Shown here piece after piece: positions 17,759-28,057 of a stretch of DNA of 64,000 nt. This DNA comes from Spirochaetota bacterium (GTDB lineage: Bacteria; Spirochaetota; UBA4802; UBA5550): positions 2,560,001 through 2,624,000 of the forward strand of contig CAXXHB010000003.1 in NCBI GenBank assembly GCA_963664815.2, written 5' to 3'. The first letter of the stretch is position 1. Each line of letters starts with the position of its first letter. The position numbers and the translations under genes were made by a program. Below the pieces are notes generated by a model. That model was not told the origin of the DNA and did not search any database. It saw nothing but the letters and a program-made list of their open reading frames with translations.

Positions 17759-19024
17759 ATGAAGGAAAAGTATGATGTAATAATAATCGGTTCAGGGCCC
17801 TCCGGGCTCGGGGCGGCTTTTCATATATGTGAAAATTCCGGTAAATCCATCCTCCTCCTGGAGAAATCGAAAATAAGTTCAGGGGGCTTAAGAAATGACT
17901 GTAAACAGAATTACACCTACCCTGTGGGATTTTCAACAGAGCACTGGGGGGAAGATGACGCTGACAAAATGCTTGAGATAGTGGCAGAGCATCTGAAACC
18001 GGACTATGTTCAGCAGAGAAATCTCGGTGTATACGTCAAAAGAGCTGAAAACCTCGGAGTAAAGCTTCTTAATATAAAACAGGCTCATGTAGGCACCGAC
18101 AAAGCGAAGGATCTTATTGCAGGTTTAATTTCACAACTCAGGCAGTCGGGTGTAACCGTTGCTCTTGAAACTGAAATGACCGATATTGATTACGGTGAAA
18201 GAACAATTTTTCTGGGCAACGGAGATGCCGTTCAGTTTAATGATCTTGTCCTGGCTCCCGGCAGGGCCGGTTACTCATGGCTTCAGAAAATTATCAGATC
18301 TCTTGATATTAATTACTCGGATAATATTGTTGATGTCGGCGTGCGTATAGAAGCGAAGGAGGAATATTATCCTATTGTTAAAGATTACTATGATCCGAAG
18401 TTTATCTTTCCGGACAATGTGAGGACCTTCTGCACTAACTCCGGTTCAGCTCATATTGTCAAAGAAAAATATGAAAAGTATTATTCGGTAAACGGCCATG
18501 CCTATTCCACTGATAAAACGCCGAACGGGCTCGTCAACTTTGCCCTTTTGAAAACAATAACCCTTACCGATCCTGTGGTAAGCGGCCACCAGTTCGCCGA
18601 AATACTCGGGCTTATGGCCATGCAGCTTTCGGGTGGTCAGCCGATGATGCAGAGAATCGGAGACTTCAGGCTTGGCAAAAGGTCAAAAAAAGAGACATTC
18701 AATGACGACCTTTACTCCTTCAGACCGACTCTTGTAAACGCAACGCCCGGCGACCTGACACTTGCAGTGCCGTCAAAAATACTGCGCGGCATCTGGAAAT
18801 CAATGAAACTTCTGGATACTATTATTCCCGGAATAATGCACCCGTCTACCATCATGTATTATCCTGAAATAAAAACCTACGCTATAAGACCTGACTTTAC
18901 AGACAGTTATTTCAGCGTTAAAAAAAACATCTACATGATCGGAGACGGCGCCGGGACAAGCAGAGGCATCACCGGCGCCTGGGCTTCAGGAATCAGGGCA
19001 GCCAATGGAATACTCCTCAGCTAA
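17759..19024 (+). CDS. FAD-dependent oxidoreductase
   Basis: DVIIIGSGPSG Rossmann motif, APGRAG, and C-terminal IGDGAGTSRGI. Confidence 0.88.
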   Translation: MKEKYDVIIIGSGPSGLGAAFHICENSGKSILLLEKSKISSGGLRNDCKQNYTYPVGFSTEHWGEDDADKMLEIVAEHLKPDYVQQRNLGVYVKRAENLGVKLLNIKQAHVGTDKAKDLIAGLISQLRQSGVTVALETEMTDIDYGERTIFLGNGDAVQFNDLVLAPGRAGYSWLQKIIRSLDINYSDNIVDVGVRIEAKEEYYPIVKDYYDPKFIFPDNVRTFCTNSGSAHIVKEKYEKYYSVNGHAYSTDKTPNGLVNFALLKTITLTDPVVSGHQFAEILGLMAMQLSGGQPMMQRIGDFRLGKRSKKETFNDDLYSFRPTLVNATPGDLTLAVPSKILRGIWKSMKLLDTIIPGIMHPSTIMYYPEIKTYAIRPDFTDSYFSVKKNIYMIGDGAGTSRGITGAWASGIRAANGILLS

Positions 19025-19053
19025 AAAATAAAAAATATATAAAGAGGTTCAAC

Positions 19054-19674
19054 ATGTATCACGAGATCAACCATCCTTTTCTTAAACATAAACTTACCGC
19101 ACTCAGGGATGAGAATACAAAACATAAGGAATTCAGGGAGCTTGCAAATGAAATCACCATGCTTATCTGTTACGAAGCATTAAAAAATATCGAGGTTGAA
19201 GACTGTGAAATCCAGACCCCTATGGGTAAAATGACAGGGAAGCGGATGAAAAACGATATTGTTGTAGTACCCATTCTCCGCGCCGGCGTAGGTATGCTTG
19301 ACGGGATTTTAACGCTGGTGCCCAATGCCCGTGTCGGTTTTGTCGGGATGTACAGGGACCATGATACAAAAAAACCTGTAGAATACTACTGCAAACTCCC
19401 TGAGGATGTAATTAACCCTCTTGTCTTTTTAATTGACCCCATGCTTGCCACAGGTGGTTCGGTTGTTGCCACTGTTGATCTTCTCAAGAGAAGGGGTTTT
19501 AACAACATTGTACTGGTTTCCATTATTTCAGCTCCTGAAGGGATTGAAGCGGTTGAAAAGGCTCATCCTGACGTTCAGATTTTCACCGGTAATATTGATG
19601 AATACCTTGATAACAACAAGTATATAATCCCCGGACTTGGAGATGCGGGGGACAGGCTTTTCGGAACAAAATAA
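19054..19674 (+). CDS. upp: Uracil phosphoribosyltransferase
   Basis: VPILRAG, DPMLATGGS and YIIPGLGDAGDRLFGTK motifs. Confidence 0.98.
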   Translation: MYHEINHPFLKHKLTALRDENTKHKEFRELANEITMLICYEALKNIEVEDCEIQTPMGKMTGKRMKNDIVVVPILRAGVGMLDGILTLVPNARVGFVGMYRDHDTKKPVEYYCKLPEDVINPLVFLIDPMLATGGSVVATVDLLKRRGFNNIVLVSIISAPEGIEAVEKAHPDVQIFTGNIDEYLDNNKYIIPGLGDAGDRLFGTK

Positions 19675-19688
19675 TTTCAGTTTTTTTT

Positions 19689-19710
19689 ACAAGGGGCTGC
19701 AGCCCCTTGT
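19689..19710. terminator. Intrinsic terminator hairpin between convergent genes
   Basis: ACAAGGGGCTGCAGCCCCTTGT perfect palindrome. Confidence 0.7.
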
Positions 19711-19727
19711 GTTGCCGCATAAGACAA

Positions 19728-19997
19728 TCATTTACTTCTGCTGTCCAGTATTCTGTTTGTTATTGAATCGCCGGATTTAAGGATTTTTGATCCACGTGTT
19801 ATTTTACATAAACTTATACCAAGCTCGGATGATATCGCTCTTTGAGGAGCCCCGTCATGGAGCATCTTCATTAAATCCCACCTGAGGGATAGATCTTTCC
19901 TTTCATTCTCTGTCAGAATCTCCATCAGAAATTTTTCTATATCATCCGGGGTGTCAATTCCGGCAAGTATATTGGTTAACTCTTTAAATGCTGTCAT
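19728..19997 (-). CDS. TrpR-family transcriptional regulator
   Basis: ILTENERKDLSLRW...QRAISSELGISLCKITRGS, Trp-repressor HTH pattern. Confidence 0.85.
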   Translation of the reverse strand: MTAFKELTNILAGIDTPDDIEKFLMEILTENERKDLSLRWDLMKMLHDGAPQRAISSELGISLCKITRGSKILKSGDSITNRILDSRSK

Positions 19998-20063
19998 ATT
20001 TATTCCTGAATTATTAATATATTAATTATAAAATATTGTGTTGATTTAAGTAAAGCAAAAAAC

Positions 20064-21419
20064 TCAGTTCTGAATTTCATATTTTTGAAGATAACCGGCC
20101 ATATCAAACTTCCTCTCTATTCCTCTGTCGTTCATATAGCGTACTTTTCCGAATACCGGGATTTCCCTCCACGGCCTGTCGTGTTTCCCGAGACACCATG
20201 CTATGCCGGAATAACTGTTAGGGTCATTGCCATCCAGTGCATACTTGTTATTGAGATAGATCATATATTCAAAAGCTGTATCCGGCCCCTCAGTCCACTG
20301 AATTATTTTTTTGCCCCAGTACATTCTCATATAATTGTGTATTTTCCCTGTTGTTACAAGTTCATTCTGGGCGGCATTCCAGTATACATCGTGAGTCTTC
20401 GCCTTTTCCAGCTCAGTTCTGGTGTAAAGAAACTCCCTGGGATCAGATTCATGTTTTATAAGCGATTCAAGAGCCCAGGATGGTAAAGATCTGATGCTGT
20501 CATAATCCTTGTTGTAATAGACAAAGTTGAAACTCAGCTCCCTCCTGATAATAAGCTCATCAAGATAAACATCACGTCCGGGTGAACCGGTTGATAAAAT
20601 CCTCTGTGCAATATAGACCGGAGAGATATGCCCGAAGTGAAGGTACGGACTCATATGCGAAGTGAAATCAAGCGACGGATCATTTCTCTTCAAAGGATAC
20701 CCGTCAAGCTTTCTACGTATAAAACTGTTCAGCAGCTTAACAGCATTTGATGTCCCCCCTTTAATCCTTCCGGATGAAGCGGCATGTTTATCAATCCCCA
20801 TCTCTTTTAAAACAGAGGCATGTGAACTCATATCAATCCCCTTTAATTTAAAATCAAGGGATGTTTTGTTTACGCGTACATCACTGACCCTGTTCAGATA
20901 CAGGTTTATCAGTTTCATCATTTTAGGCCTGAAGCCTGCTGCCGAGTATTCCTCTCCGGGTGAGGCCGATCTCACCGGAACAATGATATTTGATTCAACA
21001 GCAACAAGCTTTTTCCTGACGTTCACTGCAAGCCTGAATATCAGCTCCTCCTGCTCTTTAAGATACCCGAAATCAGTTACAACTGCAGCGGCATCTTCAG
21101 CAAGGTTTACAACACCATCAAAAGGATGTATCATCCATACAACCATTTTGATATTTCTTTTTTTAAGTTCCCGTGAGGTTTCCGAAAGACCTTCCAGCAT
21201 AAATAGCAGATTCCGCTGATTTACCTCCGGGTAATTTCCGGTAAAACCGAAAAAAACCAGCAGAGGGAGATCAAGCCTGTTTGCCAGGCCGCATGCATAA
21301 ACAAGAGAATGGTTGTGACTGGCCCTTTGAGATGCATGCATCCAGTAGAGAACATAATTACCTTTGACAGTATCAAAGTCATTTAAAACATGAATTCTCT
21401 GTTTCTCTATAGTATTCAT
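20064..21419 (-). CDS. phrB: Class II CPD DNA photolyase
   Basis: VLYWM...QR, SHMSPYLHFGHIS, THDVYWNAAQ, HNYMRMYWGKK and LDGNDPNSY motifs. Confidence 0.93.
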   Translation of the reverse strand: MNTIEKQRIHVLNDFDTVKGNYVLYWMHASQRASHNHSLVYACGLANRLDLPLLVFFGFTGNYPEVNQRNLLFMLEGLSETSRELKKRNIKMVVWMIHPFDGVVNLAEDAAAVVTDFGYLKEQEELIFRLAVNVRKKLVAVESNIIVPVRSASPGEEYSAAGFRPKMMKLINLYLNRVSDVRVNKTSLDFKLKGIDMSSHASVLKEMGIDKHAASSGRIKGGTSNAVKLLNSFIRRKLDGYPLKRNDPSLDFTSHMSPYLHFGHISPVYIAQRILSTGSPGRDVYLDELIIRRELSFNFVYYNKDYDSIRSLPSWALESLIKHESDPREFLYTRTELEKAKTHDVYWNAAQNELVTTGKIHNYMRMYWGKKIIQWTEGPDTAFEYMIYLNNKYALDGNDPNSYSGIAWCLGKHDRPWREIPVFGKVRYMNDRGIERKFDMAGYLQKYEIQN

Positions 21420-21546
21420 ATTAACATTATATAAAAAACGGGGGATATTTCAAGAATTATCAATCTTAAAGAAACAACAGATTTCAATCTTTCTGCTGTG
21501 GACGTATAAACATTCTTTCACAGACTCCTGTAATTCAGAGACTATA

Positions 21547-21592
21547 CATGACTGCCGGTCTTATATCTGATAAGCACAACCAGGCAGTCATG
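21547..21592 (-). terminator. Hairpin downstream of pfk
   Basis: CATGACTGCC...GGCAGTCATG inverted repeat. Confidence 0.5.
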
Positions 21593-21595
21593 CCG

Positions 21596-22906
21596 CTAAT
21601 TAATCATTTTTTCAGGCTGGCCTGTAGCATCAATAACCGAAAACCAGAACCTGCTGTTAGGATTGATGAATTTCTTTTTTGAAATTGCAAGATCAATCGG
21701 GACATGGGTGTAATTGTTGTTCCACTGCCCTATAACCAGATCAGTTTTGCCCGCCATGCCGGCATGAACAGCATATTGCCCCAGCTGCGCACAGAAGATC
21801 GAATCATTGGGAACGGCAGGGGCGCTTCTTATCATGTAACTTGGATCTATGTATTTAAGATTTACTTCAATTTTTCTGGATTTAAAATAATCTTCAATTT
21901 TCTCTTTCATGAAAACGCCTATATCTTTAAGCTTTAAATTTCCGGAGGCATCTTTTTCCTGGCTGGCAGAATCTTTTAAAATGAGGTCCTGTCCCGCCCC
22001 TTCGGCAACACATATTACAGCATGCTGTCTCTCCCTGAGCCTGTTCTCAAGATGCTTCAGAAGGCCGTTTTCCCCGTCCAGTTCAAATGGAATTTCAGGC
22101 ACAAAAACATAGTTTACGTCATTCATCGCCATAGTCGCATTTGCGGCAATAAAACCTGAATTCCTCCCCATTAATTTCACAAGGCCGATCCCGTTTGGAG
22201 CGCCCTTCGCCTCCACATGGGCTGACACAACAGCTTCAACGGCCTTTGAAAAGGCTGTTTCGAATCCAAATGAACGCTGAATGTAGCTGATATCATTATC
22301 TATAGTTTTGGGGATACCGACAACTGCAAGATCAAGCTTCCTTCTTTCGGCAATCTGCGCTATAGAATGCGCCCCCTTCAGGGTGCCATCGCCACCAATA
22401 GTATACAGTATATTGATCCTCAGCTTTTCCAGCGTATCCACAAGCTTCTCTATATCATCCGTACCTCCACGGGATGAACCGAGTATTGATCCGCCATCCA
22501 TATGGATTGACTGTACCAGATCAGGGGTAAGTATTATCGGTGCAAATTTTGAATCGGGGTGTAATCCGCTGTACCCGTATCTTATCCCCATTATATACTT
22601 TGCCCCGTACCTGTACCATGATTCCATAACAATGGATCTTATTACGTCGTTTAATCCGGGGCAAAGACCGCCGCATGTAACTACAGCAGATCTTACCTCG
22701 GAAGGCTGGAAATATAAATACTCTCTCGGGCCTGCCAGTTCAAATGTCCTCTCCACGTCTACAGTTGACGGACTGTCTGTTTCCAGCATTACATTATAAA
22801 GCATCCTTTTTGCATCCCGCACAAAATTCATATCGTTAAGCTTGAATTTCTCAAGCAGCGGGGATTTTACTTTAGCCTCTCCAAGTTTTTTAATTTTAAA
22901 AGGCAT
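21596..22906 (-). CDS. pfkA: ATP-dependent 6-phosphofructokinase (spirochaete/protist long type)
   Basis: TCGGLCPGLN, GGDGT (G indicates ATP use), PKTIDND, MGR and YIDPSY motifs. Confidence 0.93.
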   Translation of the reverse strand: MPFKIKKLGEAKVKSPLLEKFKLNDMNFVRDAKRMLYNVMLETDSPSTVDVERTFELAGPREYLYFQPSEVRSAVVTCGGLCPGLNDVIRSIVMESWYRYGAKYIMGIRYGYSGLHPDSKFAPIILTPDLVQSIHMDGGSILGSSRGGTDDIEKLVDTLEKLRINILYTIGGDGTLKGAHSIAQIAERRKLDLAVVGIPKTIDNDISYIQRSFGFETAFSKAVEAVVSAHVEAKGAPNGIGLVKLMGRNSGFIAANATMAMNDVNYVFVPEIPFELDGENGLLKHLENRLRERQHAVICVAEGAGQDLILKDSASQEKDASGNLKLKDIGVFMKEKIEDYFKSRKIEVNLKYIDPSYMIRSAPAVPNDSIFCAQLGQYAVHAGMAGKTDLVIGQWNNNYTHVPIDLAISKKKFINPNSRFWFSVIDATGQPEKMIN

Positions 22907-22924
22907 TGTTCTGCTCCTGAATGA

Positions 22925-23281
22925 TTATTTTATTAAAGTCTTAATATCAAAGTCCCATGAATCAGCCGCATATACTATAATGTCGATTTCATCACATTTA
23001 ATACATGCATCCGACCTTGAAAGCTGTATCGCATATTCAAGTATTTTCTTTTTATTGCCGCTTTTTTTCAGTTCATCTATTTTCGTCTGAAGTAATTCAA
23101 CTGAAGTAATCATCAAATCAGCTTTGTCAAATGCCTCACGATAATCATCAAATCCCATCTCCTCAGCAATCTGATCCATCGTATGAAGTTCAGATTCGGT
23201 AACGATACCATCCGAGTTGATTATATATTTACATATTCCGATTAAAACAATTTTTTCATCTTCAGATAATTTTTTTGGCAT
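22925..23281 (-). CDS. TerB-like protein
   Basis: INSDGIVTESE ... SRSDACIKCDE paired TerB-like motifs. Confidence 0.6.
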   Translation of the reverse strand: MPKKLSEDEKIVLIGICKYIINSDGIVTESELHTMDQIAEEMGFDDYREAFDKADLMITSVELLQTKIDELKKSGNKKKILEYAIQLSRSDACIKCDEIDIIVYAADSWDFDIKTLIK

Positions 23282-23509
23282 ATATTTCTCCTTATTTTTA
23301 TAATAAATTAACCTGAAAGAGGGAAATATTCAACAAAAAGAGATTCAGCAGCTGCATTTGTTTCATATATTTAATTTCCCGGGAATTGTCTAATTTAATT
23401 TGTAATATTCAAAGAAGATTTTGCAGAGAGTTTATGAGTCTAAAATACAGCCGTTACAGATCTATACAGTATAACTCAAATATGAATTATATTATATAGA
23501 TTTCAATGT

Positions 23510-23614
23510 TAATTCCCTAAAGTATATTTTAGCATAAAAAGCCGTTTATATCTCACGGCCCCCTTCGGCGGCCGGGAGAATAGAGTTTTTATATTAAAAT
23601 AAATTCAGGAATTA
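23510..23614 (+). mobile_element. MITE-like repeat, copy B
   Basis: TAATTCCC...AGGAATTA termini; central CTCACGGCC...GGCCGGGAG hairpin. Confidence 0.7.
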
Positions 23615-23643
23615 TCCTGCCGGTAATCATACTTTTATTGAAT

Positions 23644-23889
23644 CTATCCAAGCGCAGCTGAAAAATATTTTACCGGTTCCACGCCATACATTTTTTCAAA
23701 ATCCTTTTTGTTGGGACAAACTTTACATGATGCCCACATCGCGCCTTTTGCAGCCATTATAAGTTTATCATCCAGATTAAGAAAATGAGCGTAACCCTTC
23801 TCATCAACTTTGTAGTTTTGTACAAAGTTAAACCTGCAGGAATCACATTTAACAGAGTTTTCTTTTGATCTATAACTTACAAACGCCAT
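23644..23889 (-). CDS. Small protein with two CxxC motifs
   Basis: GGAGG RBS before MAFVSY; CDSC and CKVC motifs. Confidence 0.7.
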   Translation of the reverse strand: MAFVSYRSKENSVKCDSCRFNFVQNYKVDEKGYAHFLNLDDKLIMAAKGAMWASCKVCPNKKDFEKMYGVEPVKYFSAALG

Positions 23890-23965
23890 GTTGAACCTCC
23901 ATTTATTTTCTATTTTATACACTTAAAAGTGTTTGTAAACAATATAAGCTATTTGTACAGAAATG

Positions 23966-24424
23966 TCAAAGGTGTTTGTACAAAAAAAAATTGACCAATC
24001 TTGCAATGAAGTAGGAACCGGAGAGTAAAAAGAACGGAATTGTTCCGAAAAAAATTGCTATATCTACCCTGTTTACTACAGTAGAATGCAGTACCTTTTT
24101 ACCAAAAAAATTTACATGATAATTCTCCGGATCCTTTGACCTCTGGTATATTTTTACAAAAATCTTTATTTTTACTCCAAGAGTGATAAACATCAGAAAG
24201 CCGGACATAATCCAGACTAACTTCCTGACATCAACTTCAAATAACATATCCGGTTTTGATATAAATAAAACAATACATGCACCCGCGATAGTTATGTTAC
24301 TGATGGTTGTACTGATAAATGCCTGTAAAGATCTTTCAGACTTTCTGGTTACATAAGTGACCAGAGAAAAAATATGCCCCAGAAACGATAAAAATAACGC
24401 TATTAATAATACAGTTATTATCAT
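23966..24424 (-). CDS. Hypothetical membrane protein
   Basis: 152 aa with four hydrophobic segments. Confidence 0.75.
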   Translation of the reverse strand: MIITVLLIALFLSFLGHIFSLVTYVTRKSERSLQAFISTTISNITIAGACIVLFISKPDMLFEVDVRKLVWIMSGFLMFITLGVKIKIFVKIYQRSKDPENYHVNFFGKKVLHSTVVNRVDIAIFFGTIPFFLLSGSYFIARLVNFFLYKHL

Positions 24425-24601
24425 TCAATTATAATTTAGCTTCCTTTTTAATATATGTTTAACATATGACATTATATATAAGAAATGTTCAGATTTATTT
24501 AACAATAAGTATAAATTTAACATATATTTATAAGTTAGTCAAGAAAAATAATTACAGAAGCTTACGGAGGGTTTGTTTTTGTGAATATATTTTAATCTGT
24601 A

Positions 24602-25645
24602 TTAAGATTTATCGCTTTCAATAATATTCATTCTCGCACTTAATGATGCATATGCCTTTTTTGCTTCAAGTTTTACATTTGTATTGGCGTCGTTCATTGC
24701 ACTTTTAATTGAATTAAGTGCAACAAGAGAATTAAACCTGGATAGGGATCTGATCGCCTCAATTCTTACATCATAATACTTATCAGATAAAAGCTCAACC
24801 AGCGTAGTCATTGAGGAGCTATCCCTCAGGGAGCCTACGGACTTTATCGCTTCAATCCTGATATTTTTGTATTCATCAAAGCATGCCTTATGAAGCAGCT
24901 GCAGGCCAAACTCTTTTTTCTGTTTGCCTATATTTATTACAGTAGTCAGTCTCTTTGAAACGCTTTCATTCATATTCTTGACCATCAGCATAAATGGAGC
25001 ATCTTTCAAAGCGCTTAATGCCCTGTCCGAGCCAATGCTTTTTAATGATTCCTCAGCAACCTTTCTTACTTCAGAACTCGAATCAGTTAAAGAGCCTATA
25101 AGACTGTCCACCCCGATCGGGTTTTTGACGCGTCCAAGCGCATAAACTGTTTCAAGCCTGAATTTTGCGACTGGGTGATTCGCAAACTCCAGGAGATAAA
25201 ACGCCATTGTCTCCATTTCCATTTCACCGATAGATTTAATAGCTTCAACCTGTACAGCAGGTTTTTTATCCTTTAAAGCCAGCGCAAAAATCTGCGTTAT
25301 TTTTTCATTATCCTTGCTGTAGTAATGCGGTAGTATACGCAGAACTTCAATCTGTTCATTGATTGTTCCATGCGAAATTATTTCATTCAGATTATCAATT
25401 ACACCCGTATCACCCATCCTGGCGAAAATCAGAGCAGCTCTCTGTCTGACCTTTATATTCTTATCATCAAGCGCAACGCGCATCTTTTCTGTTATATCTT
25501 TATTGCCATGTGCAATTTCAAATAAAGCTGTTAAAGCCTCCTCCCGTGTCTGTGATCTTCTATGTTTTAAAAGCTGAACCAGTTTTTCCGTCTGACCTGC
25601 ATTTTTAATCTTCTCAATATTCGGTTTAATAAACATATGCACCAT
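24602..25645 (-). CDS. HEAT/PBS-lyase repeat protein
   Basis: Repeated L.D....VR..A...LG units. Confidence 0.88.
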   Translation of the reverse strand: MVHMFIKPNIEKIKNAGQTEKLVQLLKHRRSQTREEALTALFEIAHGNKDITEKMRVALDDKNIKVRQRAALIFARMGDTGVIDNLNEIISHGTINEQIEVLRILPHYYSKDNEKITQIFALALKDKKPAVQVEAIKSIGEMEMETMAFYLLEFANHPVAKFRLETVYALGRVKNPIGVDSLIGSLTDSSSEVRKVAEESLKSIGSDRALSALKDAPFMLMVKNMNESVSKRLTTVINIGKQKKEFGLQLLHKACFDEYKNIRIEAIKSVGSLRDSSSMTTLVELLSDKYYDVRIEAIRSLSRFNSLVALNSIKSAMNDANTNVKLEAKKAYASLSARMNIIESDKS

Positions 25646-26091
25646 CTTTAATATTAGATTTTTTTGAAAAACATAACAAAACTATCTATACACTTAATTA
25701 ATAAAAATTCAAATATTTTTACGTTTAATATAAATAATATTCAATGTTAATTTCTTAAAGTATATTATTGTTAATTACATCCTCTTTTGAATCGTAAAGT
25801 ATTTGTTCAACACTCTTTAAGTGTTTATACGGGTGATATCAGTTTTTTATAAAAAAAAGTTGAAATATAGATTGATTAATTAAATTGTCAAAAACAGATT
25901 AAAAAACAACTTTTTAAATATTATATATCAGGAATGCATTTAAATTCCTTAATATAGTTTTGAAGTATAATAAACAACTGTTTGTTCCTGTTGCCAATGG
26001 CGGCTGTGAAAACAGAATGTTTCATATTACGTATATTATATAAAGAAGATAGCAATTATTAGTGAAAAATTAAAGATAAAAAAGGTTTTTT

Positions 26092-26298
26092 ATGAATCAA
26101 TTTGGAATCAAAGAAGTGAAACTCTATAATGCCGATACGCTGGAATATGCCGGATCAATGGTCGTTGAAGGCAATTCATGGAACTACAACGATGTCAAGG
26201 ATGATTTTCTTGTCCAGGTGACAACAGGTATGCCCCTGAAGGCCGTTTTTCCATGCCTGATATCTTTTAATCTTGTATACGATATAATTGAAGTCTGA
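26092..26298 (+). CDS. Hypothetical protein
   Basis: 68 aa, AAGG RBS, first of three co-oriented ORFs. Confidence 0.65.
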   Translation: MNQFGIKEVKLYNADTLEYAGSMVVEGNSWNYNDVKDDFLVQVTTGMPLKAVFPCLISFNLVYDIIEV

Positions 26299-26309
26299 CA
26301 GAATTAACC

Positions 26310-27185
26310 ATGGGCGATTCAGATAAATTCGATTTTGATTCTCTGCTGGATGAAGACATCCCTGATTCAATCGATGATTTTTTTCCGCTCGATTCCGGGG
26401 CGGAGATAACAGGTGACAAAGAGAGTACAGAAAATTTCGAAAATGATATTGCTGGGATTGAAGAAGTTCCGAAAACAGACTCCTCAACACAAAAGAGATC
26501 CTCTGCTGATTTTTCTCCCGATATGGATGCCCTCCTCCTTACCGCGCAATCCTCAATGATCGTTGAAGCGATGAAACTCATCTCACTCCATGATTTCAAG
26601 TCCAAAAACATGTCAGTTTATTCAGAGGCGATCAAAGGGATTGATCTTTACATGAAAATACTCGAAAGGAACCCTGAAAATTTTAAAAAACTGACTTCAA
26701 TATTATCCACCGATCAGGATTGCATGGATGTCCAGAAAATTACATTTAATCTTTATAAAAATGTAACCGGAGAACTGCCTGAATCCGATACACAAAAGTT
26801 AAAAGCATTTGAACTGATTAATGATAGATTGAAAAATGCATACAACAAATCCTTAATATCGTCATCAATTATCAGCATAAAAAAATATTTCCTTCTGAGC
26901 GGCACTCTTGACCCGAGAAAAGTTGATGAAGAGTATAAAAACGATCCGGTTAAACTTAAAAACCAGTTAAATGTCTATATCCGCAACATTAATATAGGGC
27001 GTATGATGATAAAGTCCGGTAACTATGAAATTGTAAAAGGGATGAAGGGCAAAGAGCTGAATGTCTTTATTGTAAAGGCTGCCCAGTTGCTTGTCTACTA
27101 TTTCGGTTTAACGGGGGAAACCGTGCAGCAGTCATACTACATAAAGCTTTATGAAAACTTTAAAAAATATTTTATCGTCAGATGA
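26310..27185 (+). CDS. Hypothetical protein with acidic N-terminus
   Basis: 291-aa ORF overlapping the next start (ATGA). Confidence 0.75.
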   Translation: MGDSDKFDFDSLLDEDIPDSIDDFFPLDSGAEITGDKESTENFENDIAGIEEVPKTDSSTQKRSSADFSPDMDALLLTAQSSMIVEAMKLISLHDFKSKNMSVYSEAIKGIDLYMKILERNPENFKKLTSILSTDQDCMDVQKITFNLYKNVTGELPESDTQKLKAFELINDRLKNAYNKSLISSSIISIKKYFLLSGTLDPRKVDEEYKNDPVKLKNQLNVYIRNINIGRMMIKSGNYEIVKGMKGKELNVFIVKAAQLLVYYFGLTGETVQQSYYIKLYENFKKYFIVR

Positions 27186-27940
27186 AAAATAACAGCAATG
27201 ACTTTAAATGGTATTTCCTTGTAACGGTTATACTTATTTTTATCTCCCTGATCTCGTATTCCTTACAGATTTATCTGTTCCACCATAAAACTGACACGTT
27301 TTTCTATTTCCTCCAGGATCTTTCTTTTGTCCCGATTCAGGTTTTAATAGTCACATTTGTCATAGATCGCCTTCTTAAACGACAACAGAGAATAGACCTG
27401 CTCAAAAGGGTTTATGTATCAATAGGAATTTTTTATAATGAGCTGGGTAATGAATTGCTGAGAATTTTTTTTGATGTAACATCCGACAAAGAGGAACTGA
27501 CAAAAAGGCTTGGAATAACCGCATTATGGGATACCAGAGAATTTACAATGGCTGACAAATGGATTAACAGCAATCCTGTAGCAGTTGATGTTCCATGCGA
27601 CAGAGTACAGCAATTAAAAAATCTCCTCGATGATAAAAGAATATTCATACTTAACCTTCTTGAAAACACAAATCTTGCAGAACATGATACATTTACTGAC
27701 ACACTTCTGGCAGTCTGTCACCTGTCTGATGAACTGGCACTCAGAGAGAATATAATAAATATCCCGCCGTCAGACCTGGCGCACCTGGGTATTGACATTA
27801 AAAGAGCTTATAACGGTATCATCAGGGAATGGATTTTATATCTGGATCACATCAGAAAAGAGTATCCCTTTTTATACTCTCTGGCACTGAGATCAAACCC
27901 CTTTAACGGTAAATCTTCTGTTGTTATTGAAGAAAACTGA
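27182..27940 (+). CDS. Hypothetical membrane protein
   Basis: Two TM helices followed by LLENTNLAEHDTFTDTLLAVCHLSDEL and EYPFLYSLA. Confidence 0.8.
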   Translation: MKNNSNDFKWYFLVTVILIFISLISYSLQIYLFHHKTDTFFYFLQDLSFVPIQVLIVTFVIDRLLKRQQRIDLLKRVYVSIGIFYNELGNELLRIFFDVTSDKEELTKRLGITALWDTREFTMADKWINSNPVAVDVPCDRVQQLKNLLDDKRIFILNLLENTNLAEHDTFTDTLLAVCHLSDELALRENIINIPPSDLAHLGIDIKRAYNGIIREWILYLDHIRKEYPFLYSLALRSNPFNGKSSVVIEEN

Positions 27941-28057
27941 TCAGACATTCGACATTCCTTAAAATCTTTTTAAGTTGAAATAAATAATGATAATACTTAT
28001 TCTTAAAATGAACGAGTATAATACAAGATACAAAATATTCCGTAAACGGTTATCGAT

